Assembly (NCBI RefSeq): GCF_009834535.1
Contig: NC_045697.1
Coordinates: forward strand, 96,226,001-96,290,000
Source of the DNA: Camelus ferus
Taxonomy: Eukaryota
DNA length: 64,000 nt
Direction: 5' to 3'
Shown here: piece by piece, positions 1-13,830 of the stretch
Layout of the letters: each line of letters starts with the position of its first letter
Position numbering within the stretch: position 1 is the first letter of the stretch
The notes under the pieces: generated by a model
What the model was told of the DNA's origin: nothing
The model's input: the letters and a program-made list of their open reading frames with translations, nothing else
Databases searched by the model: none
Made by a program: the position numbers and the translations under genes

Positions 1-240
1 TTTCTCTTGGTTTTCAGACATGCTCTGGGTTGCTCTTTACCTGCACTCTTTCTACAAATGAAAGATCTGATTAAAGGGAATGTAAGAACACCTTGCAAGT
101 TAAAAAAAAATCAACAAAATAGGGGGATTGAATGTAGAAGTGGGGACTTGGGCAGTGTTGCCATAAACTCAGTCTCTCTGTGGTTAGAAGACAGCCTACA
201 TTGAGTTGAGTTTCTGATTGCCTTGCTTAGGTTCTAATTA

Positions 241-254
241 CCACCACCTGGTGG
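241..254 (-). promoter_or_regulatory. candidate CTCF motif
   Basis: Minus strand reads CCACCAGGTGGTGG, close to the CTCF core CCASYAGRKGGCRS, in non-repetitive sequence. Motif match only. Confidence 0.3.
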
Positions 255-423
255 ATCCTCTTTCTGCTCTTTCCTGATACTTCTCTGAATTAGAGCAGGT
301 GCTGTTTCCCTTAATAACTGAGCCAGAGCAATCACTCTGATGTGCCCATATCTATAGTGATAACTCTCATGATTTAAAGTTGCACTTTGATTATAGTTGA
401 ATCTAGGTAGAATTAAATCAGAT

Positions 424-426
<3 letters not shown>

Positions 427-485
<59 letters not shown>

Positions 486-520
486 TATATCTATACACAC
501 ACACATATATAGACACACAC
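427..520. repeat. (AT)n microsatellite with imperfect (AC)n tail
   Basis: Pure AT run at 427-482, then mixed AT/AC dinucleotides. Confidence 0.97.
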
Positions 521-1569
521 ATGATTCTTTAAAATGATGCATTTGAAATACTCTATTGCTTTCACTGTATCTGGCTATATTAAAAATTTGAAGTAACAAA
601 ATTTTAGGATTGAAGAACTGTTTGTGATAGCAGGGACGTTAATAATTGACTAATTTATTTAAAAATTCTTTAATTCTTTAAAAGTATAGATTTAGGTCTT
701 GAATATACAAGGAGCCTTTGATTTAAATGGATATTTAGGCAAAGAGATACCATGTCCAGCAGATTGAGGCCACCCTGGGATGTCTCTTCCATCCAGATAG
801 GTGTCTATTTGTCTGAGAAAACAGTTTCCTCCTGGGGCAGATATTGGGATTATCCTGCTGATAAAAGATAACTTAAAAATTCAGTCAAAGAACAATTCCC
901 TAATTTATAAGAGAAGGGAAAATCTGAGTTTAATGTGATGCTTGTCTTTCAGGCTTGACTTCAGACTTCACTCAGATGTTTCTCGTTCTTAATTAAAGAC
1001 TCAGTAAAACTCAAATTTGAAATATGCAGGATGAGCTATAATAAAATGGATAGTATCTAAAGACAGTAGCTGTTGGGCCAAGAAAAAAAATATTTGCCTA
1101 CTCTCCAGATCATATCAAAATTTGAAATGGATAAGCCCTGTTACTTCCTGTGATTGATTATATTTAGCGGGCAGAAAAGTATTTATTTCAACCTAAATTT
1201 ATTACATATTGAGTATTGCATAGGAAGAATATTTTTATTGTTAACCTATGAAGTGTCAGGGAATTTTCTAAGTACTTTATAATTATTTACTTCACTGTCG
1301 ATTGGTAATAATTGGATTCTTAAAAACAATTATACTGTTTATTAGTAACACAGAAAATCATATCTGATTTTTCAAGAATAAAAGATGATAGGTGTAAACG
1401 TTTGATAAAACAGAGGCATCTAGTGGGAGAGGCAAGGCATCATATGACAGTGAGCCTCGTGGCCACCTACCGATTAGGCAGTGATCAAAGGCACACTGGT
1501 GGACTTGGGACCAAAAAGAAGATAAATCTCTTGGCAGAGAAATAAATGCTTTGGATGTCAGACCAGTAT

Positions 1570-1775
1570 GGTAAAGGCAGTGGAGCCACCCCTGGATTTA
1601 GCTCCCAACTTGGAAAATTAGGAAATCTTTGACCTGCATAAACTATCTGAATCTGTCTGCCTCATTCTTAAATACTAAAAGCATAATACATTTTGAATAA
1701 CTCTGATGACTAAATACGTGAATGCATCTAGTATAGTCCCTGACCCATTAGATACTCAGTAAGGTTAATTTCATT
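1570..1775 (+). mobile_element. MIR SINE, degenerate
   Basis: Core-like tctgaatctgtctgcctcattcttaaat and 3' end tagtatagtccctgacccattagatactcagtaag. Confidence 0.5.
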
Positions 1776-4700
1776 CTTTCAATTGAATTTTTTAAATTTG
1801 AAAGTATTCTTGTATCTTTTTGTGTTTATGTGTATGTGTGCACGCATGAAAAGTTCTTTTCAGCACATATTCTAGATTGCTTCATACATGTTCCAGATTG
1901 GAGGCTTTGCCTTTTTCTCTGTTTTTCTACTGACCACTTGAAAATATGTATTTTATATTATGACCCAGAATTCACAAAATCAATATATTCTTTGGTTGAT
2001 GCCTTCTAATATTTAATTTTGTATTTTAGTTCATTCTTTCTTATTTTAAGTTAACAAATCATTCTGATTTCCAAACTCTATAAATCCTTGCTACATGGAT
2101 TTCACAATCATTAATGAATTGCAGTGTGCACTTTGAAAGTCCTCTCCTAGAAGGACCTCAGTGACTTGCTCATTCCTTATTATTGTATAATAAGAAAGAT
2201 AAAAACACCCTGGGAAAATGAAAAGCAGTATGCCTTTCAGAGTTGAAGAAAGGTTTAAACAGGCCTACCCAAGTTAAAATAATGATTGTTGTCCTGTACT
2301 GTGTGAAGATCCCAGTTGCTGCCTAGCAGGCAAGTGTCACCTTAAAACTCTGCACCTCTTGTAAAGTATCAGAATATAACTGACACAAAAAGAGAGGTAA
2401 AGGAACTTGAGTTTCATGGAACAGCATTAGGATTTTCACAATTCTTAGACTCTTAAATCAGTATCTTAGACTCCTAAGACATTTGAGATTCAAAAAACTT
2501 CATCAAGATCTTGACTAACAAGAAATAGTGCATTATAAAAGATGAAAGAATCAGTGGATTATTGGAGTATGGCATACATCTCTCCTAAAGAATCTGCTAG
2601 TAGAGATTGTTCATTAATAAAATATTGACATATTTCACGCTCCATTTAGGAACAGAAAAATGAGGCTCTTTTTGAAATGTGTATTCAGGCATTCTTAAGG
2701 CAAACTGTAGAATTTATTTTTAACATTTGATGACAAAATTGAAAATACGAGATAAAAATGTAGATCATTTGAAGGATCGTAGTTTTATATTTAACACTAA
2801 GTATATGATCCATAACCATGGCCCCAAAGGAAGAATGTGAAATTTCATGCTTAATAAACTAATCATGATCAGACATAACCTGAAAATTGGACACTGATTG
2901 CACCAAGAATCTACTCTTTTTCAACTTCTGTATGCCTCCTGTGTGACTTTTCTTGACCTTAGCTATTGACTTGATTGAAAAGCATATATTGACAATTTCA
3001 TTGTTTTTATGACACTAGTTTTTAAATTAAAGACCTGGTAAAATTTTAAATTAAAATATATCTGTGAAACCTTTAGAAATAACATGTGTTTAAAGACAAT
3101 AGCCTCTGGGCAAAGAAAAATAATCCTTTGCCTGCTTGTCAAATCACATTACTGTCAAAACTTGAATGGAATAAGAAGTCCAGTTACTCACTTGTGTTAG
3201 CTCATAGAGGCAATACAGAAAATTACTTAATTCATTGCACTTAAAGATTCTCATATAAGAAGGTAAAGAAGCCTTACTCTTATTGTCTACCTGCTATGTC
3301 AACCTGTTTTATTAACACTCCAGTTATTTGCTTCACTAGTTAATGCAATTTAGTTTGATTTTTAATTGTTAAAAATTACATTCTTAGTTGTTAAAACTAT
3401 TTAATATTCTACTTAAGGCTTTTTAAAATAGTTATTTACATGGGCTTTAATAATTAAGAATACACTTCACATATAATAGGGGAAGTATTCAGAAAGTTCT
3501 ATTTTAATTTGGGGAAAATATATGACATGCTTTTCAAATTAAAAATTCAAGCTACCAATTATTTCCTCATCATAGAGTATTGTTATAAAATCTGTCTTTA
3601 ATGAGGAAAATAAAAATGTCATAATAATAATAATTGTAATAGTTATTATTTAAAATTATTAATGTTTAATAGTAATAATTTAAAATTTATTATTTTCAGC
3701 CTGGCTGAGCACCAGGCAATGTCCCTTTTAGTAGAGCAGGTGGTCTCACCTGAAGTACTCTGATCATGCCTATTCTTTCTGCCCAATAAAAACACCTAGC
3801 AAGGACATGGCTACAAGTATTTGGAGCATATTGTGGTGTTGATTTCTGTAGTTTTTCTAATTTTGAAGGTACAGTTTTATATTACAAGTGTATTTTTGAT
3901 GAATACATTTCAATTTTATTCTTAATCATAATAGTTTAGGAAGGGTAAATAATGCTAATAATGTACAGATTTTCAAATACGCATGTGAATCACATGTTGC
4001 TGCAGCGTAAAGTGCTTAGTCTGGTCACCTTTCATGCCCTCGTTCCACCATGGAATTTATTTACTCAGTTCATATTCTATCAAAAAATCTTTTGGATTTT
4101 TCTGAGTCTATTATTAGTATTATAGAGGAAAAGGATGATTTTGTTTCCTTTACGTTAATTTAAAAAGTGTCTGTTGCCATGCTTATAGAAATTTGTTTTG
4201 CTTTTTTATTTAGAGTTCCCTTAAATGATTCTCACTCACTTTCTGTATTATCTCACCTACTTCCCTTGTAACTGCTTCCCTATTTCATAGGTACTAGATT
4301 TTTCAGTGAATTTTTGAGGATACCCAAATTACTCTTTCACAAAATATGAGAAATAGAATTATGAGAATAACAAAATGCCAGTTGCTCTCTCTTTTAAGGT
4401 TATTATTTTATATTTTTAACTTGATTTTAATGGTATTTGATAATGACTCAAAGCTTAGAACTGTGAACAGTAGGACATATAGGTTTTAAATTTGAGGAAA
4501 TCATTACATAGGGGAAAAGGGATTGGAACTCTCAATTATTAATGGTGAAAAATCTCAAGGATACATAGGGACCTTCTCATTAACTATGACCAAATATGGG
4601 TAAAATGTCACGTCAGAGGGAGACTAGCTTCTTCCATGGAAAGAGGAAGGCCTTAGAAGTTATGGCAATGCAAACTTAGATTCAGTTAAAGATGAATACA

Positions 4701-7270
4701 AGAACAATTACAGATGTCTCAAATTTTAATCTTCTGATACTAAAGCTAGTAACTCTCTCCCAATAAGATGGTCACACACCTTGAACAACCATATAACATA
4801 TTTTCTCCTAGGGAGAGTTGAGAGAGAGAAAAAACAGATTTTGGAGTTAAGGATTCTTGGTTAAATTTTTTCACTTGACACACTTTAACAGGAAAAGAAA
4901 GAACCAAAAGGCAAGATGCAACTTGAGATTTGGGAGTATGGAAAGCAGATCATTTTTAAGGAATTGCATTCACGTTTACTGAACTCAGGGCTATTTTAAA
5001 CATCAGACCATGCTACCAGTTTCTTCTTTCCGTCTAATGTCTCAAATATTTATTATCTATTTGAAAATTATGAAGCTAAGGAAAACCGTTGCCATGGGTT
5101 ATATTTTAAGTTTGATCCCACTAGCACTACTTTGGTATCTTCTTCATGCTCCACATGACAAGGCCCATAGGAATACCCTGGTCTATGAGAATGCACAAAG
5201 TAACAAAAATCATCTCAGAATAAATTGAAAATTCTGTGAACATAAGTATGTTCACATTTGCAATATTTTTTTCACATTTTTAAGTCATCAGATGGAAAAA
5301 TCCTCTTCAATGACATTACATTTTAGTAATCAATGACAATTCTTACATAAATAACTCTTGTTATACTTTACCTTGCATAAAGCACATGGAAGTATAACAG
5401 TAATATTTTCTTCACTTTCTCTTATCTCCTGTCACTTTGAAATACTTTGCTACAAAAAATAAACTGAAGGAGTTAATGCTCCATGTCCTGGGAGGCCTTC
5501 CCTATCTGTAGCAAAAGCTGTTGTTCCCTGAGTGCCACATCAGATTGGAGAACCACAAGTGTGCTGTGGCAGATAGCTTATCGCTTCTGCAAGAGTTATT
5601 GAAACATGTAACTAAATCCTTGCTTGCAAAATTTGACCTTGATGTGTCCCTGAATTCAAGCAGACTGAAAATAGAGTCTGTTGTAAAGAGTATTATGACC
5701 TGGGTCAGAACACCAGAAAATGGAAAGGAAACAGTGAATTATGTTCCAGGAGGAAGCAAATGGTTTCACATTTACAGCTAATATTTCTTGGATTTATAAA
5801 GCTCAGAAAATACATATTAATAATAATGGAAAATAAACTTAGTGTGGAAGTTGAACAAATTTAATTCTGTCAACATATGATTCAATGCTGACATTGCTAA
5901 ATGGGTAGAAACTGAAGGGTGAACTAGGTGTAACATATCTCACGATTTTTATGAAATTCAGTTGATAAAATCCCAATATTTAATGACATATACAAATACT
6001 ATAATTTGGGGAGTATTGATTTTAATTGTTTTAATGGTTTATTTAATAGGATTATAATCTTTAGTGCATTTGTCTAAGTAAAAACATCAAATATATGTAT
6101 GAGTTGCATGAAATGGGTTCAGTACCTGCTGCCTCTTAGCTGTGTACTTCTCCAAAGTCAAAGGAGACAATTGCAAATACAGCTAACAGATTAAAATCAG
6201 AGTAATATTACATAACACATATTTTACATGCAAGAGATAAATTTTCCATGCAAAATTGTCAAAAATTTTAAACAAGGTAAATGTAATTTGTGGTGTCATC
6301 AGTACACCATCTCTGGGGAACAGGAGGGGAGAGAAGACAATGGGATGCTTAAAGAGCAAACTACCTTTCCCATCTTGACTCCCAGGCAAAATTTACAAAG
6401 CCCCAGATTTCTTCCTCCCCATGAAGACAAGAAGAAGAAACAGGCTCCCAAATACTAGAACACAAAACTGTCCAGCTTTTCTGTTCCTGGGAAAATAAAC
6501 AAACACCTTGATCCATTAACTTGTGGATTTTTTTTATAAAATTTTAAATCCTAGAACTTAGCCTTTCAAATCTATCTTTATTTATAAAGTTTCTCCTATC
6601 ATTCCAGCTGTAGCTGAACTCTCTTATGTGACGAACAAAATAACACAATCAGTAGTAGCATGAAAAATTAACTCTCCCCTATCTGATGTGTTTAGGAGAC
6701 TGACATCTTGGAGCCCGAGGATGAGAATCTTGGAGAACTGACTGAAATCGAAATGGACAGGTGAAGACAAAAAGGAACCATTCTTCTGACTGACTCCTTC
6801 TTATGCTATGTGGTGAGTATTAGTAGAGTAGGGGGAAAAAGATACTCTAAAGTTTTCTTTATAACTGAGCTCAGCTCTCACTAGGGTAGGGTTAAATATT
6901 AATTTTTATGGAAGATATCTGTGTAGTAAAAAAGCCGACATTTTCCTGGAATAAAATGTTGGCATACACATCTCAGATGCCAGGAAAAACAGTTAAGTGC
7001 CTGAGTGCGTAGTGACTATCTGGTAGAGAAACCATGAGAGAATTCTAAAGTAGAAGTTAGTACCCCCAACTTTCCTTCTGCATCATATATACTTTTTGAT
7101 AGTTGTGATGCAAATTAAAATGTTGACTGTATGAAATATGAACACCCAGGAAGCTTGATAAGATGGTTGTTATTGGCAAAAGAATTCCAGAAAGGTCTCA
7201 GATTAAACATGATTTCCCATTCCTCCTCTATGAATGGAACTCTCTCTGCTTCTCTTGAACCAAACTGTGG

Positions 7271-7711
7271 TTGCTTGAAGTTAGGAATTACCATGATGTA
7301 GGTTTACCCCAGACAGTCTAAGATTACACCTGTCACTGAAGCCAAATTACGAATGCTGCCTTTTTTCCTCCTCAAAGTGTGCTGGTTTGAATGGTACATC
7401 ATGAAGTCCCCTAGTTATGTGCAGATGTAAATGTGTGAAGCAAACAAACAAAAAATCAAAAATTAAGATAGATAAAAATAGATAAAATGTAAAAAAGACA
7501 ACTGCAATGACAAATCTAACTCAAATCAACTGAATCATAGATATTAAAAATGACATCAACAAAAATGTAAATATAATGAAGCTTAGATTTAGTTATTATC
7601 TGACCTTGTAGGATGAAAGAAACAAAAACAACATTTATGACTCAGAATGATTCGATTCTTGCTGTTGTGCTGATGCCAGAGCAACAAAATGCAATGCAGA
7701 GCTTTTAAATG
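7271..7711 (+). repeat. dispersed direct repeat, copy A (partner 24287-24708)
   Basis: Collinear match over ~410-440 bp with long identical blocks (e.g. ggaattaccatgatgtaggttt; atcatgaagtcccctagttatgtgca; ttatgactcagaatgatt). Confidence 0.95.
7281..7413. mobile_element. MER94-like hAT-Blackjack MITE (copy 1)
   Basis: About 130 bp resembling the MER94 consensus as I recall it (ggtttaccccagacagtc..caaagtgtgctggtttgaatgg..gtcccctag), with degenerate terminal inverted ends. Confidence 0.6.
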
Positions 7712-8228
7712 ATATCTTGGGCTTCATAGGAGTCCTGGCAGATAAAATTACTGTGGTTATTGTACACTACACACTGTGCTGTGTAGAGGCTTGTACAGAG
7801 GTAAAATAAGTTGGATCTTTCAGATGTAGGTAGTCTTGGTAGAAACGCTAACATGTGACTACTTTTCCTTGCCCTTCATGAAGCTAAGAAGGAGCTGATA
7901 ATGTGGGCTCAGTTACTAGCTCTGCGGCTGAAAATTTTTAGAATGGCTGAATGAATTATGACATGGTCTATGAATTCTGTAGAGCCACTGAAATAATTAA
8001 AGGTCCTAACAGTTGAAGTGATTTTCATGAGGTACTAATGACCAAAAAGTAAAATGCAAGAAAATGTGTTTATTAAAATATCAATCTGGGGAGAAAACCC
8101 TCAAAATCCCTATATACATATATCTACATATATTCATATTTATGTATGTTTTTGTATGATTTTATGGTCGCGGAGAAAAGATGAGAAAATACATTTCACA
8201 ATACATTTTAGACTTTTAACATTGGTGG

Positions 8229-8262
8229 TGTGTGTGTGTGTGTATGTGTGTGTTTGTGTGTG
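8229..8262. repeat. imperfect (TG)n microsatellite
   Basis: Seen directly in the sequence. Confidence 0.9.
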
Positions 8263-9965
8263 TAGGCAGAAGAGGAGCATATGCCCAAATAATAAAGAAA
8301 AAGAAAGGAAAACAATGTGATGCAAGCATAAATTCCTAGACCTGTGAAATTAGATTCTTTTGGATGGACATGGAGCTGTATTTTTGACATGCCTCCTTCA
8401 GAGATTCTTATAAATGGCAAAAAAATGTATACTGCCATTCCATGTTAAAAGAGATATGAGAGGGAAAATTACAATTATTCCTTTAAATCTGCTCTTATTT
8501 CTAGGGATCATGTTGAATTACTCCAGATAATGAAGTTCTTCTAACTTCAGTCTTTCCAAAAATGATACATAATTTGGTTATCAGAGAATCAATAAGGCTA
8601 CATTTCCAGCTATTCTTATTCAATTTTGATAACCAGAAAATGGCCTTGAAAATATATTAACACATGTCAACATAAATACATGTTATCTAAACCATAGCTG
8701 TGATTTTACTGTTGCTTTGATAAAGTATAAAGGAAGCATGAATTTGTTAATTTATCCATTCATTCATTTATATCCCTATCTTAATTTATTTGTATTTCTG
8801 CTTTTTTCATAAGCAAATATAGATGTTTAACTAGAATCTATACTGGAAGAAAACTCCACAGAAAACACTAAAATATGAATATTATTTCTACTTTGGTTAA
8901 ATAAAAGAATTCTGAACCCTCATCCTGTCTATTGCAACAAAGATCTTCATCCCTGACTGAAGGTTTCCCTCCCACTATACCTCTAGGAACACAGGGAGAA
9001 AACATAGGCCAAATGTAAATACTAACGAAACAGTTGATCATTTTGGATAAGCCAAATACCCATCTCCGTAAACCTTAAAGTCTTTTGCTTTCAGCTCTCA
9101 AAGCAACCACATTTTTACTGTCCTGAAAACTCTGCAGATCAAAGTTGTCTTTTTTTTTTTTCCCCTTTCCTGAGATTTCCAGAGGAGGAAACTGATGTTA
9201 ATGTTCCGGTGCCAATATTCTCTCCATACTAGAAGAGTTAGAATGCAGAAATCCACTCTTAGGTGAGGACAGAAATTCAAAAGCTTCTTTGAAACTACTG
9301 CTTGGATTTGATTTTGCCCGCTAGCTGGCCATCTGCAGTCACCATATGCAGTAAGGGTGGATGTTCTTTAAAATAATTTTTCTGCCTTGTTAGTTATCTA
9401 AATTCATTACTACAAGAAGAACAAATAATGCCACTTCTATTATAATAATTCTCACTTTTAATACACATAAAATTTGAGTGCCTAACTCCTTCTAGAAAAC
9501 AAAGGCAATCTCTTAATGCATTTATTTGTAGTGGTCAAAAACTGTGCCATAAAGAAGCACTACCAAATGTATTATCTTATTCAGAGTGTTGCCATATTGT
9601 ATCAAAGTCCTAACCAAAACAATCAGGAAGGTGCTGTAATACTGATAGCAACCAAAGTAATCTGTCTTCTGACAGGCTCTTCAGGCAGAAGGAATGTGAT
9701 ACTCTGGAAATTTGGATCTACATTAAAGGAATTCAAAGTTTCCAGAAATGGTCAAAAAGTGAGTAAATGTATCATTATGAAATTCTCTCATTCAATCTCT
9801 TTCTCTTAAAAAAAAACTCTCTAAAACATAATGTATAATGAACAATATACTGGTTACAGAAGTAATAACAATGCATTGCTGGTACTGGGTGTATAGGGAC
9901 ATAGAAGTAAAATGTGTGATATTTTTATTCAAGTAGTTTATTTGCAAAAATGTAATAGTCTACAT

Positions 9966-10194
9966 CAGTGGTTCTCAACAGAGGTGATTCCCTCCCTCCC
10001 CATTCCCAAGGACATTTGGCAATATCAGGAAACATTTATGGTTGAGTTTTATTGTCCAGTTGGTGGGTGTTTATTGGCATGTATTAGGCACAGGCCAGTG
10101 GTGCTACTGAACATCCTACAATACACAAGACAACTCTTCTCAGCAAAGATTTATCCCACTCAAAATGTCAACAGTACCTCTATGGAGAAACTCG
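9966..10194 (+). mobile_element. MER20 (hAT-Charlie MITE)
   Basis: Starts cagtggttctcaac, has internal ggacatttggcaat..aacatcctacaatacacaagac..caaaatgtcaacagt, ends gagaaactcg. Flanks gtctacat/atctaggt resemble the nTCTAGAn hAT target. Confidence 0.85.
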
Positions 10195-10204
10195 TATCTA
10201 GGTG

Positions 10205-10830
10205 GAAAGTCCTTACGAATCTATAGAAAATCATTAAAACTATTAAGCAATTTTCACAGATTTCAGGACATAAGTAAGGTCAATATACAAAATCAGTTAT
10301 ATATCAATATACTGTGAGCAAACATCTAGAAACTGAAAATCAAAAAAACCCGTTAAAAATAGCACCCAAATCATAAAGTACCTAGAGATGAATTTAATCA
10401 AAATGTGTCCAAGACCTGTACACCAAAAACTGCTAATCATTCTTGCTAGAATTGAAGGAATATCTGAATCATATTTTAATATTATTAAAATATTAATATT
10501 TTATTAATTAAATATTGTTAAAATGTTAATTCTCACCAAAATTTTCTATAGATTTATGTAAAGCAAGCAAAATCTCAGTAGAACTGTCATAGAAAATTAC
10601 AAACTGATTCTAAAATGTATATGAATTACAAAGAACTTGAATAGCCAAATAATATTGACTAAAAAGGACAAAGCTGAAAGACTTACAGTAACTGATTTGA
10701 AGGATTACGAAAATTCCACAGAAAATAAGAAATCATGGCATGAGAGTAAAGTTGTGTATATACATCAACAGAACAGAATTAAGAGGCAAGAAGATTGACA
10801 TATATAGTCAATACACTTTGACAAAGGTTA
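10205..10830 (+). mobile_element. old L1 (L1M) ORF2 fragment
   Basis: A-rich ORF2-like motifs aaggtcaatatacaaaatcag, caagacctgtacaccaaaaact, aaactgattctaaaatgtatatg, tttgacaaagg. No open frame. Confidence 0.8.
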
Positions 10831-11409
10831 TTATCTCAAAATCAGTTCATGGAGTTCAAGACCAAAGAAATGGCCTTAAATATATATTTTTTAGATTATG
10901 TTATTAATATATTCATTCACAAAAGACCAAATGTGCAATATTTCTCAATAATGCAATACTTGCTTCTAAAATTGGCCAAATTTTCCTCATATAAATAATT
11001 GTAGTTATTTTAATGTGGGAATGGAAAAGGTTTAGTACCATGAGTGAGAATAAAGGAAAGAGTGTCTCTTTTTATTTGATCATAAATATTGTTATTAGTC
11101 TCAGTAATGGAATTATAACCAATATTTTTCTCAGTCTGTCTCCTTGTTGAAACAACTCCAAATTTTATACATTTTATATTCATGATTAGTAAAAAATAGC
11201 ATCCATTTAGAATACTCGAAAAAATACAGAAGGATATAAAAAAATACAATGTGCCATTGATCCTATAATTCAAAGGTAAGTCCTATTAATATAAAAGTTG
11301 ATGCACTTCCAATCTTATAAGCTCATATTAAATTAATTAATTTTCCATGGTTGAGAAATTAAATACATTCTTAAAAGTGGAAAATTACTTGGGATAATTT
11401 TTTCCCTCA

Positions 11410-11585
11410 CTTTGGAATCTGAAGAATATGTAGTTATGTTCTATCTCTGACATACTGTGTGGCCATGTGAAAGTCACTTGACCTCTCTATGATTCATATT
11501 TTATCTGTGAATTCTTGTTATCTGGCACTCAGTTGAGAAGTAAGTATTGTAATGCATGCTGAGGATGGGAATAGTATTGTTATAG
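11410..11585 (+). mobile_element. MIR SINE
   Basis: MIR core ctgtgtggccatgtgaaagtcacttgacctctctatgattcatattttatctgtgaa. Confidence 0.6.
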
Positions 11586-11603
11586 CCATTTTGATTTTTA
11601 ATA

Positions 11604-12072
11604 CAGTTAACCCTTGAAAAGCATGGGTTTAAACTGCGTGCATTACACTTACCAAAGTTCACTTACATGGGGTTTTTTTGTTTTTACACAATTTTTAAAG
11701 GTTATTTTCCATTTACAATTATTAAAAAAAATAGTGGCTATATTCCCTGTGTTGTACAATATACATCCTTGAGCCTGTCTTACACCCAATAGTTTGTACC
11801 TCCCACTGCTTCATCCCTATATTGCCCCCTACCCCCACTGGTAATCACTAGTTTGTTCTCTATATCTGTGAGTCTGCTTCTTTTTTGTTATATTCACTAG
11901 TTTGTTGTACTTTTTTAGATTTCATGTAAGTGATATCATACAGTGTTTGTCTTTCCCTGTCTAATGTATTTCACTTAGCGAAAAGCCCTCCAAGTCCATC
12001 CATATTGCTGCAAATGGCAACATTTGTTCTTTTTATGGCTGAATAGTAGTCCATTGTGTATGTATGTATGTA

Positions 12073-12107
<35 letters not shown>

Positions 12108-12378
12108 CACATCTTTTTTATCCATTCATCTATTGATGAACACTTAGTTTGTTTCTATATCTTGACAATTGTAAATAATGGTGCTATGAATATTGGGGTG
12201 GATGAATCTTATCAAATTAGTGTTTTCTTTACACTAGTTACTACTACAATATTATGCTATCTGCAGTTGGTTGAATCCATGAAAACAAAACTATGGCTTA
12301 GGGGCCCACTGGAAGGTTAAAAGGGGATTTTCAACTGTCCAGGGGTCAATACCCCAACTCCTACTATCAAGTATAAAT
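11604..12378. mobile_element. Tigger2a-like TcMar MITE split by an L1 insertion
   Basis: Left arm TA-cagttaacccttgaaaagcatgggtttaaactgcgtg (11604-11670). Right arm ctgcagttggttgaatcc..ggattttcaactgtccaggggtcaataccccaac (~12230-12378). Confidence 0.65.
11672..12228 (-). mobile_element. 5'-truncated cetartiodactyl-type L1 3' end
   Basis: T-rich tail, then ggctatattccctgtgttgtacaatatacatcc, ccaagtccatccatattgctgcaaatggca, tccattcatctattgatgaacacttag (antisense L1 3'UTR and ORF2 end). Confidence 0.9.
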
Positions 12379-13639
12379 GATATACATATAGGTATTTTTC
12401 TTGTGCCCCAAAGTTAACATCAACCGTATCAGTTGCATGGATTCTCCTTTGAGACACCCCACACATTCCCATAATCCAACCATTGAAGGTTTATTATAGT
12501 TAATATATAACATTATACAATTATTGAATTAAAAGTAGGAATTTTGCAATAAAACACAGAAAATTATATAATTGATTTTTTTTTTTGGCTCGATATATTC
12601 TCCTTTCTAACATAATACCTTATAGGGTTTTATATTTTTTCTACACTAACAGCCAGTATTACTATTTGATTTGGGGAAGTTTCCAACCATGATGAAAATT
12701 ATCAAAAGTTCTATAGATAAATAGAAAAGATTCGGTGATTTGGTCGGGTATTATGAAATATACAAAATAATCAATAGTTTTTGGAATTAAATTAGCAATT
12801 TCCACCTATTATGATCCCTCCCTCCTTGCTTCCTGGTCACTTTCTCCCATTCCCTGAAGGTAACTGATACAAATAAAGCACTCAGTCAACCTCATAGGAT
12901 CCCACCTTTATAAGTGGATTAACTATTACATACAAATGTAGTTCTTAGTATTTTTTAAGGAAATAGTAATTGGTAAATAATAAGGCGGTGATTTGCCACT
13001 GGGGCCATCTCTTTCATGGAAGAACATAATTTTACAATATGTTCAATATGTTTGAAAAATTCATTAACTTTTTAAAGATGCTGGATACTAAGCAAATAAC
13101 TCTACCTGTCTCAAGAATAACTATAATCTAAAAGAGCTATTACCACTTTCAAAGGTATTTAATTATTGTAAGAATGAGTTCACAAACTGCTGGAAGCCAC
13201 ATCAAAAAGCCATTCTACGTCTTAAGCTATACTTAAACTGTCATCAAACAAATGATTATAATATACAATTTTCATTAGACCCCAGGGACAACACAATATT
13301 TATTGAGCAAGACATAAAAAACTGATTTTTTTCACTCTGAAATACTTTACAAAATGAATTTTTAAGCTACCTGGTCTAGGAATTTAAGAAAGGTCATATA
13401 TTATTAAAACTAAACTGTTTCATAAAACTCACATGAATTCTTCATATTCTAAAACTTATTTCCTATGTTTTCTAGGACCTTGTAATACAGAACTTGTTTT
13501 GCTGCATTGTAATTATTTGGTTGGATACCAATCTTCCCTAATAGAATATGAATTACTTTGGAACAAGGCAAATGGTCTATTTTTTTACTTTCAAACCAAT
13601 TCCTAAAAAGAAAGGGAAAGTCTAGAGAAAGAACTTATG

Positions 13640-13830
13640 TTGGCTGAGCACCTATTATGTTTATGTCCGTGTACTGAGCACAAAAGATACTAACTAACCT
13701 TATTTTTACAATATTACCATGTGACGTGTTATCACCATAATCCGGAGATATTAAGATATTAAGATATAACTTTTCCTGTGTTATTGAAAGAATATACATT
13801 GTACAGAGTCAGGCTTTTTCCAATTCTGGG
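13640..13830 (-). mobile_element. MIR SINE, degenerate
   Basis: ctgagcacctattatgtttatg..tactgagcac resembles an antisense MIR 3' end. Confidence 0.4.

Noticed and set aside
234..599. 121-aa minus ORF, and similar ORFs at 8054-8438, 12024-12320, 28805-29044 and 51558-51764
   Set aside because: They stay open because they cross stop-free dinucleotide microsatellites (YIYI, VCVC, THTH peptides).
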